In this document: piece after piece, positions 45,492 through 53,798 of the stretch | Layout of the letters: every line of letters starts with the position of its first letter | Position numbering within the stretch: the first letter of the stretch is position 1 | From: Terriglobia bacterium | GTDB lineage: Bacteria > Acidobacteriota > Terriglobia > Terriglobales > Acidobacteriaceae | NCBI GenBank assembly: GCA_963831565.1 | Contig: CAWHQS010000006.1 | Location: 32,156-96,155 of the forward strand | Direction of reading: 5' to 3' | DNA: 64,000 nucleotides | Translations under genes and position numbers: made by a program | The notes under the pieces: generated by a model | What the model saw: only the letters and a program-made list of their open reading frames with translations | What the model was told of the DNA's origin: nothing | Database searches by the model: none

Positions 45492-46784
45492 GTGGCCTTT
45501 GTGTCTTCTTCAAGTAGCAAACCTGGGATCCATGTAGCGTGGAAGACGGTCACCTACCGCAGCGTGGCTCTGGCGGTGCTGTTTGCCGCTGTCGTGCTCT
45601 TTATCGGGATGAATTTTGCCTTCCCGCAATTCACCCAAAAGGGAGTGAAGTCGGTCAGCAAGCTGGGCGGCAGTCTGCTGGAAATGATCGCGGGAGCTGG
45701 CGGGAAAGCCAAGTCGGGCTCGCCCAACTCACAGCAGGCGCATATCACGGCGCTCGACGGAACGGTGCGGGTCAAGAAGGCCAGCAGCAACAGTTGGGTA
45801 ACGGCCGACTACAACGTCCCGCTGGAAAAAGGCGATGTGGTCCAGACCGGTTCGGAAGGCATGGCGAAGATCGTCTTCGGCGACGGCACCAACTACACAG
45901 TGAAACAGGATTCCCTGATCGTGATTGAAGAAAACTCAGCCAACGACCAGCAGCAGACCAACGTCTCGGTGGCGGTGAGCACCGGAACGGTGGATCTCAC
46001 CACCGCCACTTACGTCCAGGGATCGAAGTCGCAGGTGATCGTGGCCGGGGCGACCGCCTCTCTGGCGCCGGACAGCGCGGCCATGGTGCGCAACGATCCC
46101 AAGGCCGACCAGCACGAGATTCTGCTGAAAAAAGGTTCTGGCGAAATCAGCCGCAACGGCGAGGTGGTGCACCTGGCGGAGTGGGAGAAAGTCGGGTTCC
46201 AGTCGCAATCGCCGCGCATGGCCAAGGTGAAGGAAATCGGGCCACCGACGCCGATTTCGCCGGCCAACATGATGCCCATCTTCACCTCGGGCGCCTCCAA
46301 GCCGGTGGAGTTTTCCTGGACGCCGATGACCAACGCGGTAGGCTACCGGCTGCGCATTTCGCATAACCCGTATTTTTCTTCGACCATCGTGGATCGCCGG
46401 GTCAACACCGCCGACGTGATCGTCTCCGGCCTGGGAGAAGGCGCGTACTACTGGCTGGTCCAGTCCTACGATGCCGAGGACAAGGAGTCAGTGGAGAGCC
46501 AGAAGAACCGCTTCACCATTATTCCCAAAGGCCAGAACACAACCGCCATCGACCTGGAACTGGATCCCTTCATGCAGCATGGAAAGGTAATTGAGCTGAC
46601 CGGAAAGACCGAGGTGGGGGCAAGAGTGATGGTCAATGGCAGGGAAGTGCCCGTGGTTGGGGCCGACGGCAGCTTTCACTACTTCATGCCTCCGCTGCCG
46701 CCGGGCGAGAGCCTGATCACGATTACGGCCCAGAATGCCAAGGGTGGAGTGAATACGGTCCAGAAAAAGATCGTGATTCAGTAG
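45492..46784 (+). CDS. FecR-domain protein with an N-terminal membrane anchor and C-terminal Ig-like repeats
   Basis: It has a TM segment (VALAVLFAAVVLFIGMNF) and a FecR-like beta region (ITALDGTVRVKKASSNSWVTADYNVPLEKGDVVQTGSEGMAKIVFGDGTNYTV). The start is non-ATG. Confidence 0.65.
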   Translation: MAFVSSSSSKPGIHVAWKTVTYRSVALAVLFAAVVLFIGMNFAFPQFTQKGVKSVSKLGGSLLEMIAGAGGKAKSGSPNSQQAHITALDGTVRVKKASSNSWVTADYNVPLEKGDVVQTGSEGMAKIVFGDGTNYTVKQDSLIVIEENSANDQQQTNVSVAVSTGTVDLTTATYVQGSKSQVIVAGATASLAPDSAAMVRNDPKADQHEILLKKGSGEISRNGEVVHLAEWEKVGFQSQSPRMAKVKEIGPPTPISPANMMPIFTSGASKPVEFSWTPMTNAVGYRLRISHNPYFSSTIVDRRVNTADVIVSGLGEGAYYWLVQSYDAEDKESVESQKNRFTIIPKGQNTTAIDLELDPFMQHGKVIELTGKTEVGARVMVNGREVPVVGADGSFHYFMPPLPPGESLITITAQNAKGGVNTVQKKIVIQ

Positions 46785-46785
46785 G

Positions 46786-46903
46786 TTTTCTTTGCGTTCT
46801 TTGCGGCTTTCTTTACGTACTTAGCGGTTAAAGATTTGCCTTATAGCAAGCTCAAATTCTTGACCGCAAAGTTCGCAAAGAAAGACCGCAAAGGACGCGA
46901 AGG
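46786..46903. repeat. CGCAAAG-type inverted array hairpin
   Basis: TTTTCTTTGCGTTCTTTGCGGCTTTCTTTACG pairs with TTGACCGCAAAGTTCGCAAAGAAAGACCGCAAAGGACGCGAAGG. It starts 2 nt after the FecR-domain gene stop. Confidence 0.65.
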
Positions 46904-47090
46904 ACCCCGGATAGATTTGGGCTCAGCCAGTAAAAAGCCGGGATTTCGGGAGGATTACCCGAGGTGCCGGGTCTTTGGTTTGAGGGCGAAGCGGGCGTTA
47001 TCCCATAGAATTAGGACACGGCCCCCCACCCGCACGGCAGCAACCGGGTACGCCCGGTAATGACAGCGGTTCGAGAGAGCTAAATCGCGT

Positions 47091-48152
47091 ATGTCATCTA
47101 ACGGATTCCATTCTTCGACGCGCCTGCACAACCTGAGATCGCTGTTCAGTATTTTTTCCAGCGATCTTGCCATCGACCTGGGGACGGCCAACACGCTGGT
47201 GTATGCACGGGGCAAGGGCATCGTGGTCAACGAGCCCTCCATTGTCGCCATCAACAAGAATACCGGCGAAGTGGAGGCCGTGGGCAAGGAAGCCAAAGAG
47301 ATGCTGGGCCGCACGCCCGGCAACATCGTCGCCATCAAGCCCATGAAAGACGGCGTCATCGCCGACTTCAAGGTCACCGAGAAGATGCTCAACTACTTCA
47401 TCCAGAAGGCGCATAACCGCAAGATGCTGGTGCATCCGCGGATCGTGATCGGTGTACCTTCGGAAATCACCCAGGTAGAGAAACGCGCGGTCATGGACTC
47501 GGCGTATCGCGCCAAGGCCAGCGAAGTCTATCTGGTCGAGCAGGCCATGGTGGCTGCCATCGGCGCCGGCCTTCCGATTACTGAACCCAGCGGCAACATG
47601 GTCGTGGATATCGGCGGCGGCACCACCGACATCGCTGTCATCTCACTCAGTGGCATCGTTTATTCCCGCTCCGTGCGCATGGCCGGCAACCAGATGGACG
47701 AAGCGGTGATGAACTATCTGAAACGAAAATACAACCTGCTGGTCGGCGAACGCACTGCCGAGCAGATCAAGATGGAGATTGGCTCCGCGTATCCACTGGA
47801 AAAACCGCTGACCATGGAAATCAAGGGCCGCAACCTGATCGAAGGCGTGCCCAAGACCATCACGGTGGACGACAGTGAAATTCGCGAGGCCCTGAGCGAG
47901 TGTGTTTCGACCATCATGAATGCTATCCGGGTGGCGCTCGAACGCACTCCGCCGGAACTCTCTGCGGACATCAGCGATCGCGGCATTGTGCTGACCGGCG
48001 GAGGGGCGTTGCTGAAGAATCTGGACAAACGTATTCGCGAAGAAACCGGGTTGCCGGTCTCGATCGCTGACGATCCGCTCTGCAGCGTGGTCCTGGGCAC
48101 GGGCAAGATGCTCAGCGATTTCAAGCTGCTGCGCAAAATTTCAATCGAGTAG
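47091..48152 (+). CDS. mreB: rod shape-determining protein MreB
   Basis: DLAIDLGTANTLVY, VIGVPSEITQVEKRA and MVVDIGGGTTDIAVISL are actin-like ATPase motifs characteristic of MreB. Confidence 0.92.
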   Translation: MSSNGFHSSTRLHNLRSLFSIFSSDLAIDLGTANTLVYARGKGIVVNEPSIVAINKNTGEVEAVGKEAKEMLGRTPGNIVAIKPMKDGVIADFKVTEKMLNYFIQKAHNRKMLVHPRIVIGVPSEITQVEKRAVMDSAYRAKASEVYLVEQAMVAAIGAGLPITEPSGNMVVDIGGGTTDIAVISLSGIVYSRSVRMAGNQMDEAVMNYLKRKYNLLVGERTAEQIKMEIGSAYPLEKPLTMEIKGRNLIEGVPKTITVDDSEIREALSECVSTIMNAIRVALERTPPELSADISDRGIVLTGGGALLKNLDKRIREETGLPVSIADDPLCSVVLGTGKMLSDFKLLRKISIE

Positions 48153-48163
48153 TTGTGAATCAG

Positions 48164-48303
48164 TTTCTAGTTTCCGGTTTCTGGTTTCCAGTGTGTGCAA
48201 TGGAGGACGGGCGTCCTCGCCCGTCTCGCGGTTTCCGCAACCATCCATCGTGTCGCCGGTGTCGAAACTAGAAACCAGAAACCAGAAACCAGAAACCCGA
48301 AAC
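48164..48303. repeat. GAAACCA heptamer inverted array hairpin with a conserved GC-rich core
   Basis: The left arm is TTTCTAGTTTCCGGTTTCTGGTTTCC. The core is ATGGAGGACGGGCGTCCTCGCCCGTC (48200-48225). The right arm is GAAACTA GAAACCA x3 GAAACCC GAAAC. It fills the mreB-mreC spacer. Confidence 0.75.
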
Positions 48304-48312
48304 TGTATTTCC

Positions 48313-49533
48313 ATGGAAAATCTGATGAGCCGCTACCGCAACGTCACCATCCTGGTGGCCATCCTGTTTGTGCAGGTCCTGGGGCTGGCGGTGCAGGTCA
48401 AGCGGCGGTCGAGCGCCGACGAATCCACCCGGGTGATTCGCCTGTGGACGGTCAGCGCGGTGACTCCCCTGGAAAAGGCCCTGGTCTGGTGCCAGAACGG
48501 TTTGGGTGGTATCTGGAGCAACTATGTTTACCTGCGCGGAGTACGGCAGGAGAATCGCGAGCTGAAATTCGAGATCGAGCGCCTCCGCCTGGAGCAGGTC
48601 CGGCTGTCCGACGACGCGCAGCAGGCGCGCCGGCTGCAGGCCCTGCTGAGTTTCAAGGAAACTTACATCGCCAAGACCGTGGCCGCGCAGGTCATCGGTT
48701 CCAGCGGCAGCGACCTCTCGCGGTCGATCTATATCGATAAGGGGACGTCGGCCGGGGTGGACAAAGATATGGCGGTGATTACCGCCGACGGCCTGGTGGG
48801 CAAGGTATTGCGGGCGTTTGGGTCCTCGGCGCAAGTGCTCCTTATCAACGACCAGAGCAGCGGAGTAGGTGTCATTCTGGACAAGTCGCGCCTGCAAGGG
48901 GTCATCAAAGGGACCGCATCGGGCGAGGTCGTGCTGGAGAAGGTGATGACCGACGAGCAGGTGACGCCGGGCGAGCGCATCGTGACCAGCGGCGGCGACC
49001 TGATCTTCCCCAAGGGCATTACGGTTGGGACAGTGATGAAGGTCACTCCGGGAGCCGACCTCTTCCTCAATATCCGGGTAAGGCCGTCCGCCGACCTGAG
49101 CCGCCTCGAAGAAGTCCTGGTGATTACAAGAAGAGAGGACCGCGCGCCTTCGGTGGCGGAAACCAATTCGGTCCGGGCGGTGGACATTCTGACCCAGCGC
49201 CTGCCTTCAGTCCCGGACAAGCCGGCTGGGGACGCGAGCCAGCCACCCGCGCCGGTGGCTCCTGCCACAACTCCGAAAGCCTCGGTCGCTTCGCCGAAGC
49301 CGAAGACTGAGGCTGGCGTAAACAATTCAGCGGGCAGCTCGGCCGCTGCAGGGACGAAGGCGCCTCCCGCGCGCAAGCCCCTGGGTGCGGACCGTCCAGC
49401 ATCGGATCCGCCGGCCAAGCCGACGACCGCCAAGCCTGCGCTCTCAAAACCTTCGGTCGCGGCGCCTGGGCCGTCAACTCACGCATCCAAACCGGCATCG
49501 CAGCTTGGGACTACGGAGGATAAACCTCACTAG
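48313..49533 (+). CDS. mreC: rod shape-determining protein MreC (with a Pro/Ala-rich C-terminal tail)
   Basis: ORF 48193..49533 trimmed to the ATG at 48313 because the upstream codons translate a heptamer repeat. It has a TM segment, a coiled coil (ENRELKFEIERLRLE) and the MreC beta domain (GLVGKV...SGGDLIFPKGITVG). Confidence 0.85.
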   Translation: MENLMSRYRNVTILVAILFVQVLGLAVQVKRRSSADESTRVIRLWTVSAVTPLEKALVWCQNGLGGIWSNYVYLRGVRQENRELKFEIERLRLEQVRLSDDAQQARRLQALLSFKETYIAKTVAAQVIGSSGSDLSRSIYIDKGTSAGVDKDMAVITADGLVGKVLRAFGSSAQVLLINDQSSGVGVILDKSRLQGVIKGTASGEVVLEKVMTDEQVTPGERIVTSGGDLIFPKGITVGTVMKVTPGADLFLNIRVRPSADLSRLEEVLVITRREDRAPSVAETNSVRAVDILTQRLPSVPDKPAGDASQPPAPVAPATTPKASVASPKPKTEAGVNNSAGSSAAAGTKAPPARKPLGADRPASDPPAKPTTAKPALSKPSVAAPGPSTHASKPASQLGTTEDKPH

Positions 49534-49534
49534 C

Positions 49535-50053
49535 GTGCCCATCACTTACACATCTCAGGAACAGGTAGAGGTTTACCGGTTCAGCGCCCCGGCGGCCATT
49601 CTGATTCCGCTGATCGCCATTTTCCTGCAGGCATTTCTGCCCTTGCGGCTGCATTTCTTCTCTCTGTTTGATCTGCCCCTGCTGGTAGTGATTTTCTTCG
49701 CTGTGGCGCGGCGCAGCCAGGTGTCAGGACTGGTTACCGGAGCGCTGATCGGCCTGTTGCAGGATTCGCTAACCCATCAGCCCATCGGGATTTACGGCAT
49801 CGCAAACACGGTAGTCGGTTTTGGGGCCTCGTCCCTGGGCGCCAAGCTGGACGTCGAGAATGTAGGGGCCCGCTTCCTGGTGACCCTGTTCTTTTACGCC
49901 GTACACGAAGTGGTGTACTTCACCGTGGCGCGCGGGCTGGTCAAATTGACCCTGCAGTGGAGTTGGGGACACGAGATCGGCGGCGCCCTGCTCAATGCGG
50001 CCACCGCAGCGGTCCTGTTTACCCTGCTGGACCGGTTTAAGCAGAGAGCGTGA
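49535..50053 (+). CDS. mreD: rod shape-determining protein MreD
   Basis: ORF 49385..50053 trimmed to the GTG at 49535, 1 nt after the mreC stop. It is a polytopic small membrane protein in the canonical position after mreC. Confidence 0.75.
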   Translation: MPITYTSQEQVEVYRFSAPAAILIPLIAIFLQAFLPLRLHFFSLFDLPLLVVIFFAVARRSQVSGLVTGALIGLLQDSLTHQPIGIYGIANTVVGFGASSLGAKLDVENVGARFLVTLFFYAVHEVVYFTVARGLVKLTLQWSWGHEIGGALLNAATAAVLFTLLDRFKQRA

Positions 50054-50057
50054 GAAC

Positions 50058-50257
50058 CGTCGTTGGTCATTGGTCGTCGGCATCAGATCCCCCGCCCGCA
50101 TCGCCATCCAACCGGTGATGTCCCTCCGTCACCGTTGATGACAACAAAAGCGGTTCCTCCGCCGGTCTACAATAAAACTAATGTGCCTGGCCAACGACCA
50201 ATGACCGACGGCCAACGACGAGTAGCTGACGACCGACGACTGACGACCGACGACTGA
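50058..50257. repeat. CGACCAA/CGACGAC heptamer inverted array hairpin
   Basis: The left arm is CGTCGTTGGTCATTGGTCGTCGG. The right arm is a 7-bp periodic array: CCAACGA CCAATGA CCGACGG CCAACGA CGAGTAG CTGACGA CCGACGA CTGACGA CCGACGA CTGA. It fills the mreD-mrdA spacer. Confidence 0.75.
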
Positions 50258-50260
50258 TCC

Positions 50261-52222
50261 ATGTTTGGCCGCGACGAAAAAGTATCGGGAACCCGCCTGA
50301 CTGCGGTGCAATACATGATCCTCGTCGTTTTTCTGGTGCTGGCCTACGGCCTGTGGCGGCTGCAGGTGGTGCAGAGCGACTTCTACTCGGCGCTGGCGGA
50401 AAAGAACAAGACCCGCGAAGTCCCCATTCTGGCGCCCCGCGGCAAGATTCTCGACCGTGAAGGCCGCGTTATCGTGGACAACTATCCTTCCTTTACCGCG
50501 TTGCTGTTGCGCGACTCCACCCGCGATCTTTCCGGGGACGCGGACATGATCGCCAGAGGTCTGCACCTGGATCCGACGGAAGTCCGGGAGCGTCTGCACA
50601 AGTTTGCCGGCACTCCGCAGTACCAGCCCATCTATCTCAAGGAAGACATCACGCCGGACGAGCTGGCTTTCATCGAGTCTCATCACAACGAATTGCCCGA
50701 ACTGGACACCATCGTGGCCCATCGCCGGCTGTACCCGCGCAATGGCTTCATGGCGCACCTCGTAGGCTACGTGGGCGAGGTCAGCGAACAGATGCTGAAC
50801 CAGCCGCGTTGGGAGCTCTACAATCCCGGCGACGTGGTCGGCCGGTCCGGGGTCGAGCTGGAATATAACTCGATCCTCATGGGCAAGAATGGCTCGCGGC
50901 AGGTCCTGGTGAACAGCAAGGGAAAGGAAATGGGGGAACTGGAGCAGAAGCCGGCAGTCCCCGGAAAGCAACTCAAGCTGACCATCGATATCGACCTGCA
51001 GATCGCGGCGGAACAGGCTTTGAACGGGAGAAACGGAGCCATTGTCGCGATGGACCCTCGAAGCGGTGAAATCCTGGCCATGGTCAGCCGTCCGACTTAC
51101 GATCCCAATGATTTCGCGGTGCGAATTTCCAATGACCAATGGATGAAGCTGGTCAACGATCCAGATCACCCCCTCTTGAACAAGGCCATTCAGGCGCAAC
51201 TGGCTCCGGGTTCGGTGTTCAAGATCATCATGGCTACCGCCGGCCTGCAGGAAGGCATCGCGCAGAACATGAAAGTGAACTGCACCGGTGGGGCGTCATT
51301 CTACGGACGCTATTTCAAGTGCTGGGTCGTGGCCGAGCACCGTACCCACGGCATCACCGACATCAGCAAGGCGATTTACCAGTCCTGCGACGTTTTCTTC
51401 TACACCCTGGCGGAAAAGCTGGGCATTGAGCGCATCGCGAAATACGCCATGGCGTTCGGCCTGGGTCAAAAGACGGGAATCGATTTGCCGCAGGAAGTCA
51501 GCGGAGTCATGCCGTCGGAGGAATGGAAGATCCGCAATTTCAAGCAAAAGTGGTATGCCGGCGAAACTATTTCAGTGGGCATCGGACAGGGAGCTGTGGC
51601 GGCAACGCCGGTCCAGTTGGCCCGGGCGATTGGAGCGATTGCCAGCGGAGGTTTGCTGGTGCGGCCGCATGTCACCGACCCGCGGGATTTACCGCCAGGG
51701 ATTGTGCCGGCGTCGAATGTGCCCGATGAAGTGAAAATTCCGATCGATCCCGCCAACTGGGAGACCATTACCGACGCCATGGCTGGAGTGGTGAATCCTG
51801 GCGGGACGGCGGCGCTATCGCATTTGCAGGGCATTGACTTTGCGGGGAAAACGGGCAGCGCGCAGACTATCAGTAACGCGCTGAAGGCCAAGATGGGTGC
51901 CGCCGGCAAGGCCAACTTCAAGGACAACGGTTGGTTTGCCGGAGTCGAGCCGCGGCGCAATCCGGAAATTGTGGTGTGCACCCTGTTGGAAGAAGGCGAA
52001 CACGGCTATCTGGCGGCCCGCGCTGCGGGCCAGGTCATTAAGGCGTACGTGGACAAACAGCGCCGCCAACCCACCAAGGTCGCAAGTTCCGGCAAAGTGG
52101 ACATCGGAGCAGTCTGGAATACTGGGTCGGGAGATGACAACGGCTTGCATGCCGGGCATTTCGATCTGGAAGTATCGAGGTCACACGCCCCGCTGGCAGT
52201 GGCGGCGCCCGGGTTACAGTAG
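50261..52222 (+). CDS. mrdA: penicillin-binding protein 2 (elongasome transpeptidase)
   Basis: It has an N-terminal TM and a PBP dimerisation domain. The transpeptidase motifs SVFK (APGSVFKII), SCD (YQSCDVFF; SxN-type position) and KTGS (AGKTGSAQ) are present. Confidence 0.9.
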   Translation: MFGRDEKVSGTRLTAVQYMILVVFLVLAYGLWRLQVVQSDFYSALAEKNKTREVPILAPRGKILDREGRVIVDNYPSFTALLLRDSTRDLSGDADMIARGLHLDPTEVRERLHKFAGTPQYQPIYLKEDITPDELAFIESHHNELPELDTIVAHRRLYPRNGFMAHLVGYVGEVSEQMLNQPRWELYNPGDVVGRSGVELEYNSILMGKNGSRQVLVNSKGKEMGELEQKPAVPGKQLKLTIDIDLQIAAEQALNGRNGAIVAMDPRSGEILAMVSRPTYDPNDFAVRISNDQWMKLVNDPDHPLLNKAIQAQLAPGSVFKIIMATAGLQEGIAQNMKVNCTGGASFYGRYFKCWVVAEHRTHGITDISKAIYQSCDVFFYTLAEKLGIERIAKYAMAFGLGQKTGIDLPQEVSGVMPSEEWKIRNFKQKWYAGETISVGIGQGAVAATPVQLARAIGAIASGGLLVRPHVTDPRDLPPGIVPASNVPDEVKIPIDPANWETITDAMAGVVNPGGTAALSHLQGIDFAGKTGSAQTISNALKAKMGAAGKANFKDNGWFAGVEPRRNPEIVVCTLLEEGEHGYLAARAAGQVIKAYVDKQRRQPTKVASSGKVDIGAVWNTGSGDDNGLHAGHFDLEVSRSHAPLAVAAPGLQ

Positions 52223-52298
52223 CGCCGGCATCTTGCCGGCTGTCCCGAGGGCGGCGCTATTTAGCGAGAGGCGGGCAGGAATCAAGGTACTAACGTTT

Positions 52299-52329
52299 CG
52301 ACGACTGAAGACCGACGACTGACGACTGA
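52299..52329. repeat. CGACGAC/CTGA heptamer array (single arm)
   Basis: CGACGACTGAAGACCGACGACTGACGACTGA lies in the mrdA-rodA spacer. Confidence 0.6.
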
Positions 52330-52334
52330 ACTCA

Positions 52335-53420
52335 ATGTCCAGATACATTTCATTTCGCGATTTTGACTGGCTGCTGCTCATCTTTGTCCTGATGATCTGC
52401 GGGCTGGGGGTGATGGAAATTCGCAGTGCCACCTCACACACCAAATTCGCGGGAGCGCATATCCGGCAGATCTATTGGATCGTGGGCGGCCTTATCGGCA
52501 TGTTCCTGGTGAGCCTGGTTAACTACCAGAAACTGCTGGACCGGGTGCACTGGCTCTATATTGCCGCCATCGTCTCCCTGATGAGCGTCATGCTTTTCGG
52601 ACAGAAATACCTGGGCGCCCGGCGCTGGATCAAGATGCCCGGAGGGGCGCATTTTCAGCCCTCGGAGTGGGTAAAACTGATCCTGATACTGGCGGTAGCC
52701 AAGTACTTCGCCGATCTGCACCAGAGAGAGCTTACCTGGCCGGACTTCATCAAAGCCGGCGCCATCGTGCTGGTGCCCATGCTGATGGTGTTGCGGCAAC
52801 CCGACCTCGGCACCGGCCTTACCTATCTGCCGATCGCCATCGTCGGCCTGTTTCTGGGTGGGGTCCGGTTCAAGCAGGCCGCTATCGTGACCATTGCCGC
52901 AGCCCTGCTGTTGCCCCTGGCGTGGCATGCCTTGAAGCCCTACCAGCGCGACCGTCTTACCAGCTTCATGCACCCGGAGGCCGACAGTCAAGGCTCCGGT
53001 TACCAGGTGAACCAATCCCTGATCGCGGTCGGGTCAGGCGGCATCTGGGGAAATTCGGAGGGTTCCCAGACGCATCTCGCGTTTCTGCCCGTCCCGCAAA
53101 CGGACTTTATCTTCGCCGCCTTCGCCGAAGAACATGGTTTTGTAGGTGCCCTGGCGGTAATGCTGTTATACTTTGTAGTGCTGATGCGATTGACCCAGAA
53201 CGCGCAAACGGCGCCCGACCGCGCTGGCACGTTCGTGGTGATGGGTGTGGTGGCGGTGCTTAGCTTCCATATTCTGGTCAATGTCGGCATGGTGGTTGGC
53301 TTTATGCCGGTCACCGGAATACCCCTGCCGCTGATGAGTTATGGCGGGTCTTCTGTCCTGTTCATGTTTCTGGCGTTGGGCATTGTAATGAATGTCCGCA
53401 TGCGCCGTTTCGTTAACTGA
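52335..53420 (+). CDS. rodA: SEDS-family peptidoglycan glycosyltransferase RodA
   Basis: This is a polytopic FtsW/RodA/SpoVE protein. Supporting blocks are QPSEWVKLILIL, QTDFIFAAFAEEHGFVG and GIPLPLMSYGGSS. It sits directly after mrdA. Confidence 0.9.
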   Translation: MSRYISFRDFDWLLLIFVLMICGLGVMEIRSATSHTKFAGAHIRQIYWIVGGLIGMFLVSLVNYQKLLDRVHWLYIAAIVSLMSVMLFGQKYLGARRWIKMPGGAHFQPSEWVKLILILAVAKYFADLHQRELTWPDFIKAGAIVLVPMLMVLRQPDLGTGLTYLPIAIVGLFLGGVRFKQAAIVTIAAALLLPLAWHALKPYQRDRLTSFMHPEADSQGSGYQVNQSLIAVGSGGIWGNSEGSQTHLAFLPVPQTDFIFAAFAEEHGFVGALAVMLLYFVVLMRLTQNAQTAPDRAGTFVVMGVVAVLSFHILVNVGMVVGFMPVTGIPLPLMSYGGSSVLFMFLALGIVMNVRMRRFVN

Positions 53421-53798
53421 CGCAGGATGAAGAATGGCAGGGGGTTAGCCGCGCTTGCCATCCGCGCGGAAAAACAAGATTAATTACGATCGCCCTCGCG
53501 TAAAGAGGGCACACGCCGGCTGGAAATGCAGTTAAAGCCGGGCAGGATCAAGCAAGCGCTGCCAGGCCGGTAACGGCCCCCTCAGAGTTGAGAGAGCGGT
53601 CACAAACCTGGCGAAGTGCAATGCGATAAGTGCAAAAGATTCCTAAACTTACGCAACGGATTCGGTCACGGAGAGAACTCCGGGGCCGGGGCTGTCCTTT
53701 GTCCAGGGCGGCTATCGCAGCGCTTGATCCTCCCAGTCTTTTCCTGGCTTTCATCCGGTGATCCCGCGGCCGCCTGACGGCCGGGGACCGGAGTTCGC
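53421..53798 (+). promoter_or_regulatory. long (378 nt) structured leader region upstream of rne
   Basis: There is long-range complementarity: GGATCAAGC..GCTGC (53545-53562) pairs with GCAGC.GCTTGATCC (53717-53730), enclosing ~155 nt. Several local hairpins are present. I saw no convincing ORF. Confidence 0.3.

Noticed and set aside
48164-50257. Heptamer arrays considered as possible CRISPR arrays
   Set aside because: The units are only 7-8 bp and directly tandem, with no unique spacers of 25-40 bp. No cas genes are present.
53545-53730. 6S RNA or another known sRNA in the rne upstream region
   Set aside because: Only a closing helix is visible. I could not verify a central bubble or the conserved 6S features by eye. 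It is reported only as a structured leader candidate.
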